A stretch of 53,453 nt of DNA from Escherichia virus TH37. Each line of letters starts with the position of its first letter. Within the stretch, counting starts at the first letter, position 1. Positions 30,513 to 39,815 of the stretch are shown piece after piece. Position numbers and translations under genes: made by a program. Location of the stretch: sequence record MT446409.1; one strand, given 5' to 3'. The notes beneath the pieces are model-generated. The model was not told the DNA's origin. It was given only the letters and a program-made list of their open reading frames with translations, and searched no databases.

Positions 30513-31026
30513 TAAGATTCTTTCTCAGGTATTCTCGAACAGCATTCTTGCGTCCGATTTTGGTTTTAGGGATTGGGTCAATCTTGGCAAGTTTGCACTT
30601 AGCAATTTGCTCGTTATCCTTTAATTTGGCAAATGCAATACACTTCTTCTCTATGACTGCATCTCGACGAGATACTCCATATCGTTCCATGTATGTGATG
30701 ATGCCATGACAATCATGACACAACAGTTCCAAATCTTCTGGTTGAACCAATAAAAGGTTGTCCACAAAACGGTGAAGGTCTTCCAACTTAAGGAGGCCAC
30801 CAACCTGAACTTTGTGGTTTACTTCAATCTCTTTGAGCTTATACAACTTCTTGCAGTGGTAGCATTGAATGTGGAAGATTGGTTTCTTTGAGTCACCGAC
30901 CTTCAATGCAATGCGTCGAGATTGTATAAGCGCAAGTTTGCTTGGGTGTTTAGACCAAACACTTCGAATAGCAGATTGGAGCCAAGATACAAACTTGGCT
31001 TCCGTTCCACAATAACCGTAAGCCAT
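30502..31026 (-). CDS. HNH endonuclease
   Basis: 174 aa; EVNHKV ... CHDCHG motif. Confidence 0.55.
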   Translation of the reverse strand: MAYGYCGTEAKFVSWLQSAIRSVWSKHPSKLALIQSRRIALKVGDSKKPIFHIQCYHCKKLYKLKEIEVNHKVQVGGLLKLEDLHRFVDNLLLVQPEDLELLCHDCHGIITYMERYGVSRRDAVIEKKCIAFAKLKDNEQIAKCKLAKIDPIPKTKIGRKNAVREYLRKNLNVY

Positions 31027-31037
31027 TCCAACTCCAA

Positions 31038-32063
31038 TTATTTCTGGAGGTACTCTTCTTGAGTGAGGATACGATTCTCTTTAAGGTCAAAGTATTCGTT
31101 AATGTTCTTGTAATGCCACAGGCGAACACAATTTCCCTTTTCAACTTGATGGTGCATGTAAACAAGACGGCCTACTTTGAGTAGCTCTTGTTCCCAACCA
31201 TCTCCGAAGCGCATAATAAATGCACCAATAACTTTCTTCAAACCTTCTGCATAGGAGGTTGTACCATCCAGCATCTCGAATGAAGCAACTGCACCAACGC
31301 CATCACGACGGAAATAAGTTTCTCCGGCTTTGGCACCAGTTTTGTAAATCTTTTCTTCAAGAACTCCGCAACCCATAACGTTATCCGTTGAGTCACCAAT
31401 AAGCAATTGATGCAGGAAGAATTTAGGGCCATTGCCTTTAACTTCTTTCTTCTTAGATTTACCGTTGTCTTTGATAATTAATTTGAGTTCACCATAATCC
31501 TTCGGGATTACAATCTTCTCACCAATACCCTGAGATTCACGCTCCCATTGGTAATGTTTAATTACCGGACCAACACTACCGTTCTGCCCGATTTGTCGCA
31601 AGTCTTTGTCCAGCGACGCAATCCAGACTTCATCATATGTGCAAGGACCAATGCGCTTGAGGCTCTTAATCTCATTACGTTTGCCTGTTGTAATTTCGTA
31701 TTCATGGCGAGCGAATACGGCCAGAAGGTCATCTGCTTCCAGACCCTTCATCCAATACCCATTCCATGCAACGAGCAAGTGGGCCTTGGCATTCTTCAAA
31801 TTTTCTGGTCGCCACACGTTATCGCGATTGCCTTTATAATTTTCGGCAAACACGTTTCGCATTGTCTTAGAAGGAGATACGAAACCCATAACATGAGTTG
31901 CGCCAGAACGCTTCGACAAGAACTCCATCTTAGAGTCCATTGACATTTGAATCTTTGAGAAATTTATATCCTCTGGCTCTTTCCCAAATTCTTCTGCCGC
32001 ACAATGACTAAATGCCACCATATCAAAATCGACCAGCAAAAGAACTTTCTTCTTACTTGCCAT
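31038..32063 (-). CDS. 5'-3' exonuclease / flap endonuclease (T5 D15 / T7 gp6 family)
   Basis: 341 aa; VLLLVDFDMVAF, LEADDLLAV, IASLDKDL, LIGDSTDNVMG acidic clusters. Confidence 0.7.
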   Translation of the reverse strand: MASKKKVLLLVDFDMVAFSHCAAEEFGKEPEDINFSKIQMSMDSKMEFLSKRSGATHVMGFVSPSKTMRNVFAENYKGNRDNVWRPENLKNAKAHLLVAWNGYWMKGLEADDLLAVFARHEYEITTGKRNEIKSLKRIGPCTYDEVWIASLDKDLRQIGQNGSVGPVIKHYQWERESQGIGEKIVIPKDYGELKLIIKDNGKSKKKEVKGNGPKFFLHQLLIGDSTDNVMGCGVLEEKIYKTGAKAGETYFRRDGVGAVASFEMLDGTTSYAEGLKKVIGAFIMRFGDGWEQELLKVGRLVYMHHQVEKGNCVRLWHYKNINEYFDLKENRILTQEEYLQK

Positions 32064-32481
32064 TTAGTGCTTCTCCATTATCTCTGTGCCATTCAGCATG
32101 ATGCTTTCTGCACAGCCAACGTATAACCATTGGCTTGAGGTAATCGTCGTGGTGAGCAATCGCTGATAAGTTTCCACAGCACTCACAAGGTTGTTTTGAA
32201 ATCTTCCCTCTTCGCAGCGCATCATTCACCATGCGGTGTGCACGAATTTTGTTTGGGAAGCCATTACGATATGCAGCAGACGACGCATACTTGGTTTCTT
32301 TATTGCTTGCCAGGTAAGCCCGTTGATGCTCTTTTATCCTACTAGAGTTTAGATTGTAATGCTGTCTGCTTCTCACATTCTTGCAAGATTTGCACATAGT
32401 ATCATGACCATCCTTACTCTTCTTGGTGCAACCAAAGTCAGTAAGAGGTTTGGATTCACCACAAATGCGACAACACTTCAT
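32053..32481 (-). CDS. HNH endonuclease
   Basis: 142 aa; CRIC...CKSC zinc motif and AHHDDY...WLCRKHH HNH core. Confidence 0.6.
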   Translation of the reverse strand: MKCCRICGESKPLTDFGCTKKSKDGHDTMCKSCKNVRSRQHYNLNSSRIKEHQRAYLASNKETKYASSAAYRNGFPNKIRAHRMVNDALRRGKISKQPCECCGNLSAIAHHDDYLKPMVIRWLCRKHHAEWHRDNGEALNGK

Positions 32482-32522
32482 TTAAACTCCAAATTAAAGG
32501 CTCCCGAAGGAGCCAATTATAG

Positions 32523-33386
32523 TCAGAACGGCATACCATTGCCGCCAGCAGCACCACCTTCCGCTTCACGCTGTGCTTTTGCAGCAGCCTGTGCTTCCAG
32601 TTCAGCTTTCATTGCTGCATCAACTTCTTCATCAGAAGCCTGATTCGGAACAGAATCATCAGCAGGTTTACCGCCCAGCAGAGCAGACAGTTTGGTTTTG
32701 TAGAAGTCAACACCAGCAGTGATGCGGTTCTTGATTGCGTAAGGAGAATCGCCACCAGGCAGCTTGTTGAACACTTCTAAGTCTGGCTCAGACATGTCGA
32801 AGAATACAGTCGGGTTAACCAGAGCTTTGGCTTCTTTCTTCTCTTTGGACTTCATTGGGGAGAAGGTAGCAACCTTGTTCGCGACCTGACCAGCGTTCTT
32901 GCCAGACTGTTTGGTGTATTGAACAATGCCAACAACCAGAGGTTCGCCCAGCCAATCTGGCAGGTTCTTAGCAGGGTGGCCCTGAATACTTTGTTCCAGA
33001 TTCTGTTTAACTTCCAGAGCATCAATCGCCTTAGCGAATTTGTAGATGTGGGAGTTCTCACCCATGAAGCCATCAGCATTATAGGTAAACTCAAAGTCAA
33101 ACCAACGTGGCTTGTCTTCAAGATTCTTCGCCATCATGATGCCGTCATCTTCGTCCGGGTCTTGGACCATGACCATTTTGCCTTCGCCATCAACTTCTTT
33201 CATGTACTCGTCGAGCAGCTCGAAAGTTACGAGAAGTTTCAGGGATGGGTTTGGATATTTAGCAGAGCCTGGCTGTAAGCCCAGGTCGATAATACGGCAG
33301 ACACGAGCAGGATAACCACCCGCTTCCAGTAATGGTGCAGCAGAAGGAGTCTTGTTCGAGGCCAGAGTAGGAGCAGCAAATGCCAT
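32523..33386 (-). CDS. Putative ssDNA-binding/replisome accessory protein with Gly-rich C-terminus ending in Phe
   Basis: 287 aa between DNA polymerase and exonuclease genes; C-terminus ...EGGAAGGNGMPF. Confidence 0.3.
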   Translation of the reverse strand: MAFAAPTLASNKTPSAAPLLEAGGYPARVCRIIDLGLQPGSAKYPNPSLKLLVTFELLDEYMKEVDGEGKMVMVQDPDEDDGIMMAKNLEDKPRWFDFEFTYNADGFMGENSHIYKFAKAIDALEVKQNLEQSIQGHPAKNLPDWLGEPLVVGIVQYTKQSGKNAGQVANKVATFSPMKSKEKKEAKALVNPTVFFDMSEPDLEVFNKLPGGDSPYAIKNRITAGVDFYKTKLSALLGGKPADDSVPNQASDEEVDAAMKAELEAQAAAKAQREAEGGAAGGNGMPF

Positions 33387-33413
33387 TTTGAGTACCTTTA
33401 AGTTTCAGTTTGG

Positions 33414-33686
33414 TTAATCCACTTGCAACATTGCAAGGCGGAAGTCATATCCAACTAATGCTTCGGACAGCTCTTCAATTGAAGTTGTTGCCGAGATTAA
33501 AGTTTGGAGGTTTTTGAATGTCTCATCGTTAAATGCTTGAGACTGTGGGTCAGACGAAGCGAACACCTCGCCCTTAATCTTTTCAAGGAACGCCATTACG
33601 GCGTCCTTTGCTGGAACTTCGGAATCAGCAGCAAACATATGGTGCTCTAATTCCTGCATATCGAAAATAGAATATACAGTTTGCAT
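33414..33686 (-). CDS. Hypothetical protein
   Basis: 90 aa co-oriented ORF. Confidence 0.3.
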   Translation of the reverse strand: MQTVYSIFDMQELEHHMFAADSEVPAKDAVMAFLEKIKGEVFASSDPQSQAFNDETFKNLQTLISATTSIEELSEALVGYDFRLAMLQVD

Positions 33687-35620
33687 TAGTGAATCTCCGC
33701 GTAGTTATCACCGAACTGCACATCACATGCACAATCACGGTTAAGTTTGAGTTCTTTGTTGGTACGTTCCATTGCCTCATTAAGCAAGTCCGTCCACAAG
33801 TCACGGAAACCTTTCTTAACTTGGAGAATCAATTCATCGTGGAATTGTCCAGACAGAAGCGGGTCGCAGCCCCAACGTTCGTTACAAATTGCAATGATGT
33901 TGTTACACCAGATATCAAACACATATGCACCAGTACCCTGACACAATGTGGAGAATCGGTCTTTCTCTGTACGCAACGAATACCAGAATTTGTTTACTGG
34001 ATTCTGTTGCCACATCTGACCATCAATTGTTACAACTTTGGTGTTTGCAGCAATCTCTTTAATAGACCAGTTCAGGTCCCAATATGCTTTATGCAGACGT
34101 GCAGCAGTAGCCTGGTCACAGTCAGCAGAACGAGCAACAGTTGGAATACCAGCACCATACTGACAAGCATAGTTAGTGGTCTTAAACATTGGACGTTGTT
34201 TACACTTCTTAATTCCGTCCTTGTGGTCCTGAGATTCCTGTTCGGTGATAAATCCACCAATTACGCCGATTGCAAGGTGAGCATCATAGTCTGGTGCCAA
34301 CTGCTTCTTAACGTATTCAGGGTCATACATCCATTGGAAGTGGTGCTTACAGCGGTCTTCCAGTGAACACAAGTCAGAGCCTAACTGCTCGTAGTCTTCG
34401 CGCCACGCTTCCAACATTGAACGAAGCTCTTCACCGCCAAATACGCGAATAGAAGGGAGGTTAACAAGTTCGCGGTGTTTAAGACGTAAAGTATTGGTAA
34501 GACCACCGCATCTTGCAGTAAGGAATCCATCTTCATCGACGTCGCGAAGGAAACCATTAACAACAGACAGACGGTGTTTATACACGCCCATCCCAATAAG
34601 ATGTTGAATACCAGAGTCGGGGTTTCTTTCTGCCAGCTTATGCAAGCTCGGACAAATTTCGGGATTGCCATCTTCATCCTTGACCGTGATTTGAGGAATC
34701 TGGCGAGTCTCGCCTGTCTCTTTGTTACGGTCAAACTTAAATGTTTCTGGAACCCAGCCAAGGCTGAATAACCAATCTTTGATTTGTACGTGAGAACCAG
34801 CGTTAGGTTCTTTGTAACCCTTGAGCACCTTAATGTGCAAGTCTGGGTCTTTCCAGTCCAAACCGTTTGCATCACAGACAGCCTTCCACTTAATACCAGT
34901 TGCAGACAATTGTCCATTTAACTTGTGGCATTTGGCAGGACGCGACTTGATGACATATTCGGGAACACGAGGCATTGATGCTTCCAACGCATCCGTCTTC
35001 TCTTTAATCATTGGTTCCAGCTTCGCTTTAAATGCGTAAGCCTTCTCCATGTTCAGCTTCCAGCGAGTGCGTTGTTGAATAACTTGTTGACGTGCTTTGG
35101 TCATAAGGTATTCAATAAAGCGCTTAACTTCGCCAGGAGTTTTATAAATCTTGAGGAGTTGAATATATTGCTGTTCCCACAGCTTTAGCTGAATCTTACA
35201 GTCTTCCATCACACGATGGTTATATTCTTCCTGAGTTTGATTTTCCCAATCATCAATGACTGGTTTCGGCACACCAAACTCTTCTCCATAACCTTCTAAG
35301 CCGTGCTTAACACGACGAGGTTGCAGATACCAACTGATAAACAAAGTATCAATTAGTGTACATTTTGAAACGTCATAACCCAAGAACTTCAATGCTTCAA
35401 AGTCAAAGGTTGCGCCGTTGTGCATAATTAATGTTGGACCTGAGTCCAGGAATGCTTGAATGGATTTACGGTCAGTCCACTCTGTTACAACTTCTTCACG
35501 GGTTTGAACATCAATGTGTCCAATGTTGTGAAGACGTGGGGCAGCTTGTTTCCTCATCTGCTCCAACAAACCAGTTGTTTCAATGTCACTGGCATACATG
35601 TTATTCCAAGGATACAGCAC
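33686..35620 (-). CDS. Family A DNA polymerase (T7-like) with 3'-5' exonuclease domain
   Basis: 644 aa; Exo I motif SDIETTGL; motif B RPMFKTTNYACQYGAG; motif C LSGQFHDELIL. Confidence 0.85.
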   Translation of the reverse strand: MLYPWNNMYASDIETTGLLEQMRKQAAPRLHNIGHIDVQTREEVVTEWTDRKSIQAFLDSGPTLIMHNGATFDFEALKFLGYDVSKCTLIDTLFISWYLQPRRVKHGLEGYGEEFGVPKPVIDDWENQTQEEYNHRVMEDCKIQLKLWEQQYIQLLKIYKTPGEVKRFIEYLMTKARQQVIQQRTRWKLNMEKAYAFKAKLEPMIKEKTDALEASMPRVPEYVIKSRPAKCHKLNGQLSATGIKWKAVCDANGLDWKDPDLHIKVLKGYKEPNAGSHVQIKDWLFSLGWVPETFKFDRNKETGETRQIPQITVKDEDGNPEICPSLHKLAERNPDSGIQHLIGMGVYKHRLSVVNGFLRDVDEDGFLTARCGGLTNTLRLKHRELVNLPSIRVFGGEELRSMLEAWREDYEQLGSDLCSLEDRCKHHFQWMYDPEYVKKQLAPDYDAHLAIGVIGGFITEQESQDHKDGIKKCKQRPMFKTTNYACQYGAGIPTVARSADCDQATAARLHKAYWDLNWSIKEIAANTKVVTIDGQMWQQNPVNKFWYSLRTEKDRFSTLCQGTGAYVFDIWCNNIIAICNERWGCDPLLSGQFHDELILQVKKGFRDLWTDLLNEAMERTNKELKLNRDCACDVQFGDNYAEIH

Positions 35621-35686
35621 AGTATGGCTCCAATGGATTTGGTGAGGTCTACGCTGGTGGGCGAACCATGCAGCGTAGAAGCTCTG

Positions 35687-37450
35687 TTATTGATGTGGAC
35701 CGTTCTTCTTAGTAAGTTGAACAATCTCTTTGGTTTCGAACAAGGAGTCGTCCCAAGAACGTTGAATGATTCGACCAGAGTCTGAGTCATAATACGTCTT
35801 GAAGCCTTCTGTCTTACCACTCTTACGAGCTTTGATAGAACGAATGATTGAGCAGTTTGGGTCTACTGCCTGGCTATTACGCTCAAAGCCAAACATGCCA
35901 TGAGAATACTTAGCAGCAGCACGAGAGCCAGTAAAGTCTGACTTCTTGATTCGTCCACCATCTTCATGAGGTCGCTGACCTTTTGCCACAGGGTTAAGGT
36001 GCGACAAAATATTAACATGGAACTGATATTGGTCTGCCAGCTTAGTAATGTCTGCATACAGCTTGCCTAAGAAGTCGTTCTTCTCTGAGGCAGAAATCCC
36101 TTCCGATAAGTAGGTTAAGTTATCAAGAACAAACATATCAATGTCTGGACCAATCTGACGAAGAATCGTCTTTAACCCATCCCAAGTTTCATAAGGGTCT
36201 TCTCCAGCTTGCTTTCGGTCCCAAATCTCCATGTTACGAAGCATCTTCGCAGCAGTCTGACGGAACTTCGCTTCATCGTATCGAGGGTCTTCACGAGTAA
36301 ACGCAGGTTCCCAATACGGCAAGTTGTCGTTGAGGCCAGCCATACGGCGTAATGTTTCCGCAGGAGTTTCCTCCATGTATGCAGTAAACACTCCCCAATC
36401 ATGCTGAATGATGTTGTGATGCACAATCTGACGGGACAGGGTAGTTTTACCACCACCTTCTGCACCACCGATTGTAATAACTTCGGCTCGACGTTGACCA
36501 AACATTAAGTCGGTTAACTTGGGCCAAGGATAATCCACACCTTGTTCAACCTCATCATCAAGCTCTTCCATAAGAAGTTCTTTGTTGACAAGTGCTGTAG
36601 GTAGAGGACGGGCAGCACGGAATACAACAGCAGACTGAGTAGCTTTCAGTAAGCCACGTTTCAAACAGTCGTTGGCATCGTTGGCAGGAAGTGTGGCAAT
36701 CATTGCACCAGGCAGTAAACGACACGCTTCCTTTGCAGCTTTACGACCAGGTTCATCATCATCAAATACGATAACAACCTGCTCCCAACGTTGCTTGATT
36801 TCTTCTGCAACTGGTGACAAACATTTGTGTACGGAATCACTTCCATCACTCAAACTAATTACAGCAAAATCCAAATCTTCATATGCACCACCACGGTTCA
36901 TAGTTTTGAGGATTTGACGCAATGCGATACAGTCTTCTTCACCCTCTGTGATGAACAGAGTCTTACCGCCAATTGCTTTTGCAGCCAACCAATTGTAGGG
37001 TTCGTTGCCTTGTGTGTCACCAACCGACCACATAACTTTCTTGTTCAGAAGTTTAATCTTCCAGCGAACAAGTTTGCCATTCTTGGTATATCCATGGGCC
37101 AAGGCATTTGGAGTCTTGCCATCAAACTCTGAATAGAGTAGGCGAACACCAGCAGCTTTCCAGAACTCCGGTTCAATACTGCGATGGTCTAAATCAAATG
37201 GAGGGCACGAGGTTATTTCGTCAATTTCTTCCTGAATTTCTTCTGGAGTCTTGACTTTAATTTCCGGAATATTCTCCGGATTATTGCCGTACGGATTCGG
37301 AACGAGAACGCCACATGCAAAGCAGTAACCAGAGAAGTTCTTATTACCAGCTTCATCGACATTCAACCAAACCTGTAAAGACTTGCCAGATGTGGATTTA
37401 CAGTCTGGTACATCGTGCTTAATCTTGGCAACACATTGCTTGACGTTCAT
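35687..37450 (-). CDS. Primase-helicase (T7 gp4-like)
   Basis: 587 aa; N-terminal Cys4 zinc ribbon, TOPRIM-like middle, Walker A GGAEGGGKTT. Confidence 0.8.
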   Translation of the reverse strand: MNVKQCVAKIKHDVPDCKSTSGKSLQVWLNVDEAGNKNFSGYCFACGVLVPNPYGNNPENIPEIKVKTPEEIQEEIDEITSCPPFDLDHRSIEPEFWKAAGVRLLYSEFDGKTPNALAHGYTKNGKLVRWKIKLLNKKVMWSVGDTQGNEPYNWLAAKAIGGKTLFITEGEEDCIALRQILKTMNRGGAYEDLDFAVISLSDGSDSVHKCLSPVAEEIKQRWEQVVIVFDDDEPGRKAAKEACRLLPGAMIATLPANDANDCLKRGLLKATQSAVVFRAARPLPTALVNKELLMEELDDEVEQGVDYPWPKLTDLMFGQRRAEVITIGGAEGGGKTTLSRQIVHHNIIQHDWGVFTAYMEETPAETLRRMAGLNDNLPYWEPAFTREDPRYDEAKFRQTAAKMLRNMEIWDRKQAGEDPYETWDGLKTILRQIGPDIDMFVLDNLTYLSEGISASEKNDFLGKLYADITKLADQYQFHVNILSHLNPVAKGQRPHEDGGRIKKSDFTGSRAAAKYSHGMFGFERNSQAVDPNCSIIRSIKARKSGKTEGFKTYYDSDSGRIIQRSWDDSLFETKEIVQLTKKNGPHQ

Positions 37451-37455
37451 TTATA

Positions 37456-38106
37456 TTATTCCTGATTGGTCAAAGCCTTCCAGCAAATCGGAAACAGTTC
37501 TGACATAATTTTATTCACTTCTTCCGCAAACAGGCGAACTTCATATTGCGCATGTTCGGAGGAACGTTGATTGTACATGGATGCCCAGCCATAAAGGGAG
37601 CCAGTCCAAACCCACTCAGTCATCATGGATTGTGGCAACACCATGCGAGCTTGCTCTGGGGCAATCCCCAAACCAATTAACGTTTCATATTCTGCAATGC
37701 AAGCCTTGTTATGGCTTTCCATACGATAATGAATATCGTCGGCAAAATCTTGTGGCAACGGTTGTGCAGTCTGAGTCATCAACTTCTCAGGACGACCGAG
37801 TACAACATCTGGTACAAAGCATTCAATCGAGATTGCTTCACCATCTTTGTAACGACGGCTAACTTCATTCCAGCTAAAGCCGGTTTGATGTTTGCCAAGC
37901 TGACGTGCAATGAAGATTGGAGCTTTGCAACGCAATGTTACCTGTGAGTGGCGAAATGGTGTAATGTGCTTATGCTTTGCAAGAAACTCAATCAGCTTCT
38001 CGTCACGCAAGGACATTTCATGCGACTCTGCACCATAGGAAACTCGTGCAGCATTAACAGTTGTAAGGTCGCTTCCCATGCTATCTACTAGTGTGGCAGT
38101 AATCAT
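37456..38106 (-). CDS. thyX: ThyX-family flavin-dependent thymidylate synthase homolog with altered RHR motif
   Basis: 216 aa collinear with ThyX (VDSMGSDLTTVNAARVSY, HITPF, KAPIFIARQ, SRRY, SEHAQYE), but KHQ where the RHR motif is expected. Confidence 0.7.
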   Translation of the reverse strand: MITATLVDSMGSDLTTVNAARVSYGAESHEMSLRDEKLIEFLAKHKHITPFRHSQVTLRCKAPIFIARQLGKHQTGFSWNEVSRRYKDGEAISIECFVPDVVLGRPEKLMTQTAQPLPQDFADDIHYRMESHNKACIAEYETLIGLGIAPEQARMVLPQSMMTEWVWTGSLYGWASMYNQRSSEHAQYEVRLFAEEVNKIMSELFPICWKALTNQE

Positions 38107-38162
38107 TTGCTCTCCGGTTCATATGGTGGGAGATAAATTAGCTCCGCACCATGATAATGGTA

Positions 38163-38384
38163 TTATTTTAATGACGCCTGTAAAGACGCATTTAGTACAG
38201 AACGCTTTTCATATTCGCGCTGGTTGTACGTGTTTGTCAGTGCTTCCGCAGCTTCTATTGACAGAATTGCAAAACCACCAAAGGCGTTGCGAACTTCTTC
38301 AAGATTCAGATGCAGTACTTCACTGGTAATTTGGTTGGCTATTACAGCCTTGAAAATCTCTTCGGCAATTTCAGCAGTTTTCAT
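38163..38384 (-). CDS. Hypothetical protein
   Basis: 73 aa co-oriented ORF. Confidence 0.3.
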   Translation of the reverse strand: MKTAEIAEEIFKAVIANQITSEVLHLNLEEVRNAFGGFAILSIEAAEALTNTYNQREYEKRSVLNASLQASLK

Positions 38385-39170
38385 GTTTCTCTCCAGTTAA
38401 ATTTAAGTAAGTGCCCTGACGTGGACTATTACGAACATTACAATAAATTGGCTTAAATGGTGTTTCCACTGCGGCCAAGACACTTATTAAATTTGATTCG
38501 AACCGCCCAAGTGAATCAACCTTGTTTATGGGGACCATCGGGGAAAAGTATAAACCCGCTTAATGCTCGCATCATGTTTGAACATTAAGAACCCTGACTT
38601 GCATATTTCATGTGAATAGGAACATAGTCTGGATTTTGAATCCAGCTAACTTCGAGAAGAGGAGTAGCTCAAACGAAAGCCTGAACTTTCTTTCGACACA
38701 TCACAATCAGCGCAACTGAGCCGTATCGCTACGGTATGCCAGACGCTAACTTGAGCCTTTTGAACAGAGGCATAACTGTTGGAGGAATTCTGTGGCCTTT
38801 ACGCGGCCAACGTGCCATTAATGCTGGCAAGACAGGGCTACCGTTCCCAAGCTCCCTTATCGCGGTAAATACGGACACTGTTTTAGGAAGTGACCACCTG
38901 AACGTCTCGTGTTCATTACGTTGACTTTACGGAGTCATCGGAGCTTCGTTCTCAAGCACACCGTTTTCTTCTTTGGCCGGTGTCAAGCCGCAAGCCTTTG
39001 TTTCGGTGGACTAACCTTCTCACACTAACGATGTGTAGCGGGACGTTCCAATCCTAGGAGGCAGCAATTTCAATTGTTATGCCCAGAGCAATTGCAGGAA
39101 TTACACCTGCCATGCTACAAGTAGCTAGAGTCTCGTTATTTAAAGTCGCGCACTCCCTCGACTTGTTCAC

Positions 39171-39380
39171 TCACTGTCGGGTAAGTTTCGAACACTTTTG
39201 TGCCCACGTTTCATTGTGGACTAAAATCTGGGTTTTGGTTTCGCGTGACAAAACTTTCACTTCTGCAACATCCAAATAGATCGGTTGTGCAATCAAGCAA
39301 TAATCACTTACGAACCCACTTTGAGAGCAACTCACTATCGACATTGCTATCAGAACTGCTAGACACTTCTTTCTGAACAT
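39171..39380 (-). CDS. Putative o-spanin (Rz1-like outer membrane lipoprotein), overlapping i-spanin in another frame
   Basis: Internal start MFRKKCLAVLIAMSIVSC with lipobox-like IVSC; starts inside and extends past the Rz-like ORF; weak SD. Confidence 0.3.
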   Translation of the reverse strand: MFRKKCLAVLIAMSIVSCSQSGFVSDYCLIAQPIYLDVAEVKVLSRETKTQILVHNETWAQKCSKLTRQ

Positions 39381-39540
39381 GCGATTTAATCTCGATAGAT
39401 TCTTTAATGGAATCGAATTGCTTCTCTTTGGCTTCCTGACGCTCCTCGGCTTTGCCTGAGCTTTTGCCTTTGAGGAACACTGCAATAATAATACCCAATG
39501 CAGTAAGGACGCCAAGAATAATTGACTTAAGCTGTTGCAT
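39304..39540 (-). CDS. Putative i-spanin (Rz-like): N-terminal TM plus charged periplasmic segment
   Basis: 78 aa; TM SIILGVLTALGIIIAVFL; SD AAGGTG upstream. Confidence 0.4.
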   Translation of the reverse strand: MQQLKSIILGVLTALGIIIAVFLKGKSSGKAEERQEAKEKQFDSIKESIEIKSHVQKEVSSSSDSNVDSELLSKWVRK

Positions 39541-39548
39541 GAATCACC

Positions 39549-39689
39549 TTAGATGGCGCACGCACCACTTGAACAGTCGTTATCACCAGCACCAGGAACG
39601 ATTGCTTCTTCGTCCTGCTTCTTCTTCAGTTCTTCAATTGCTTCTTCGGCAGCACCGAAGTCTAAGTTATCAAGTGCATCAAAATCCAT
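39549..39689 (-). CDS. Mini-ORF whose C-terminus matches the class Ia RNR alpha (NrdA) C-terminal redox tail
   Basis: 46 aa MDFDALDNLDFGAAEEAIEELKKKQDEEAIVPGAGDNDCSSGACAI; last 17 residues ~10/17 identical to E. coli NrdA ...LVPSIQDDGCESGACKI as recalled; GGAG SD upstream. Confidence 0.35.
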   Translation of the reverse strand: MDFDALDNLDFGAAEEAIEELKKKQDEEAIVPGAGDNDCSSGACAI

Positions 39690-39719
39690 AAGGACTCCAG
39701 TGTTGCGGGTTATTAAAGC

Positions 39720-39815
39720 TGGTGGACAAGGTTGGATTCGAACCAACGACACATCTGTCGAACAGATTGCTCTACCTGACTAAGCTCTGGAGCAGACCTT
39801 CTGAGCTACTCGTCC
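39720..39815 (-). tRNA. tRNA-like element (anticodon-like loop UCG), atypical: ~21-nt extra segment between acceptor stem and D-arm
   Basis: Minus-sense GGACGAG-TA-...-GCTTAGTCAGGTAGAGC-...GTTGG-TTCGAAT-CCAAC-CTTGTCC-A-CCA: 7-bp acceptor stem, canonical T-arm, encoded CCA, but 96 nt long. Confidence 0.4.

Noticed and set aside
38600-38660. Anticodon-arm-like hairpin CTGGA-TTTTGAA-TCCAG as part of a second tRNA
   Set aside because: No flanking D-arm, T-arm or acceptor stem on either strand
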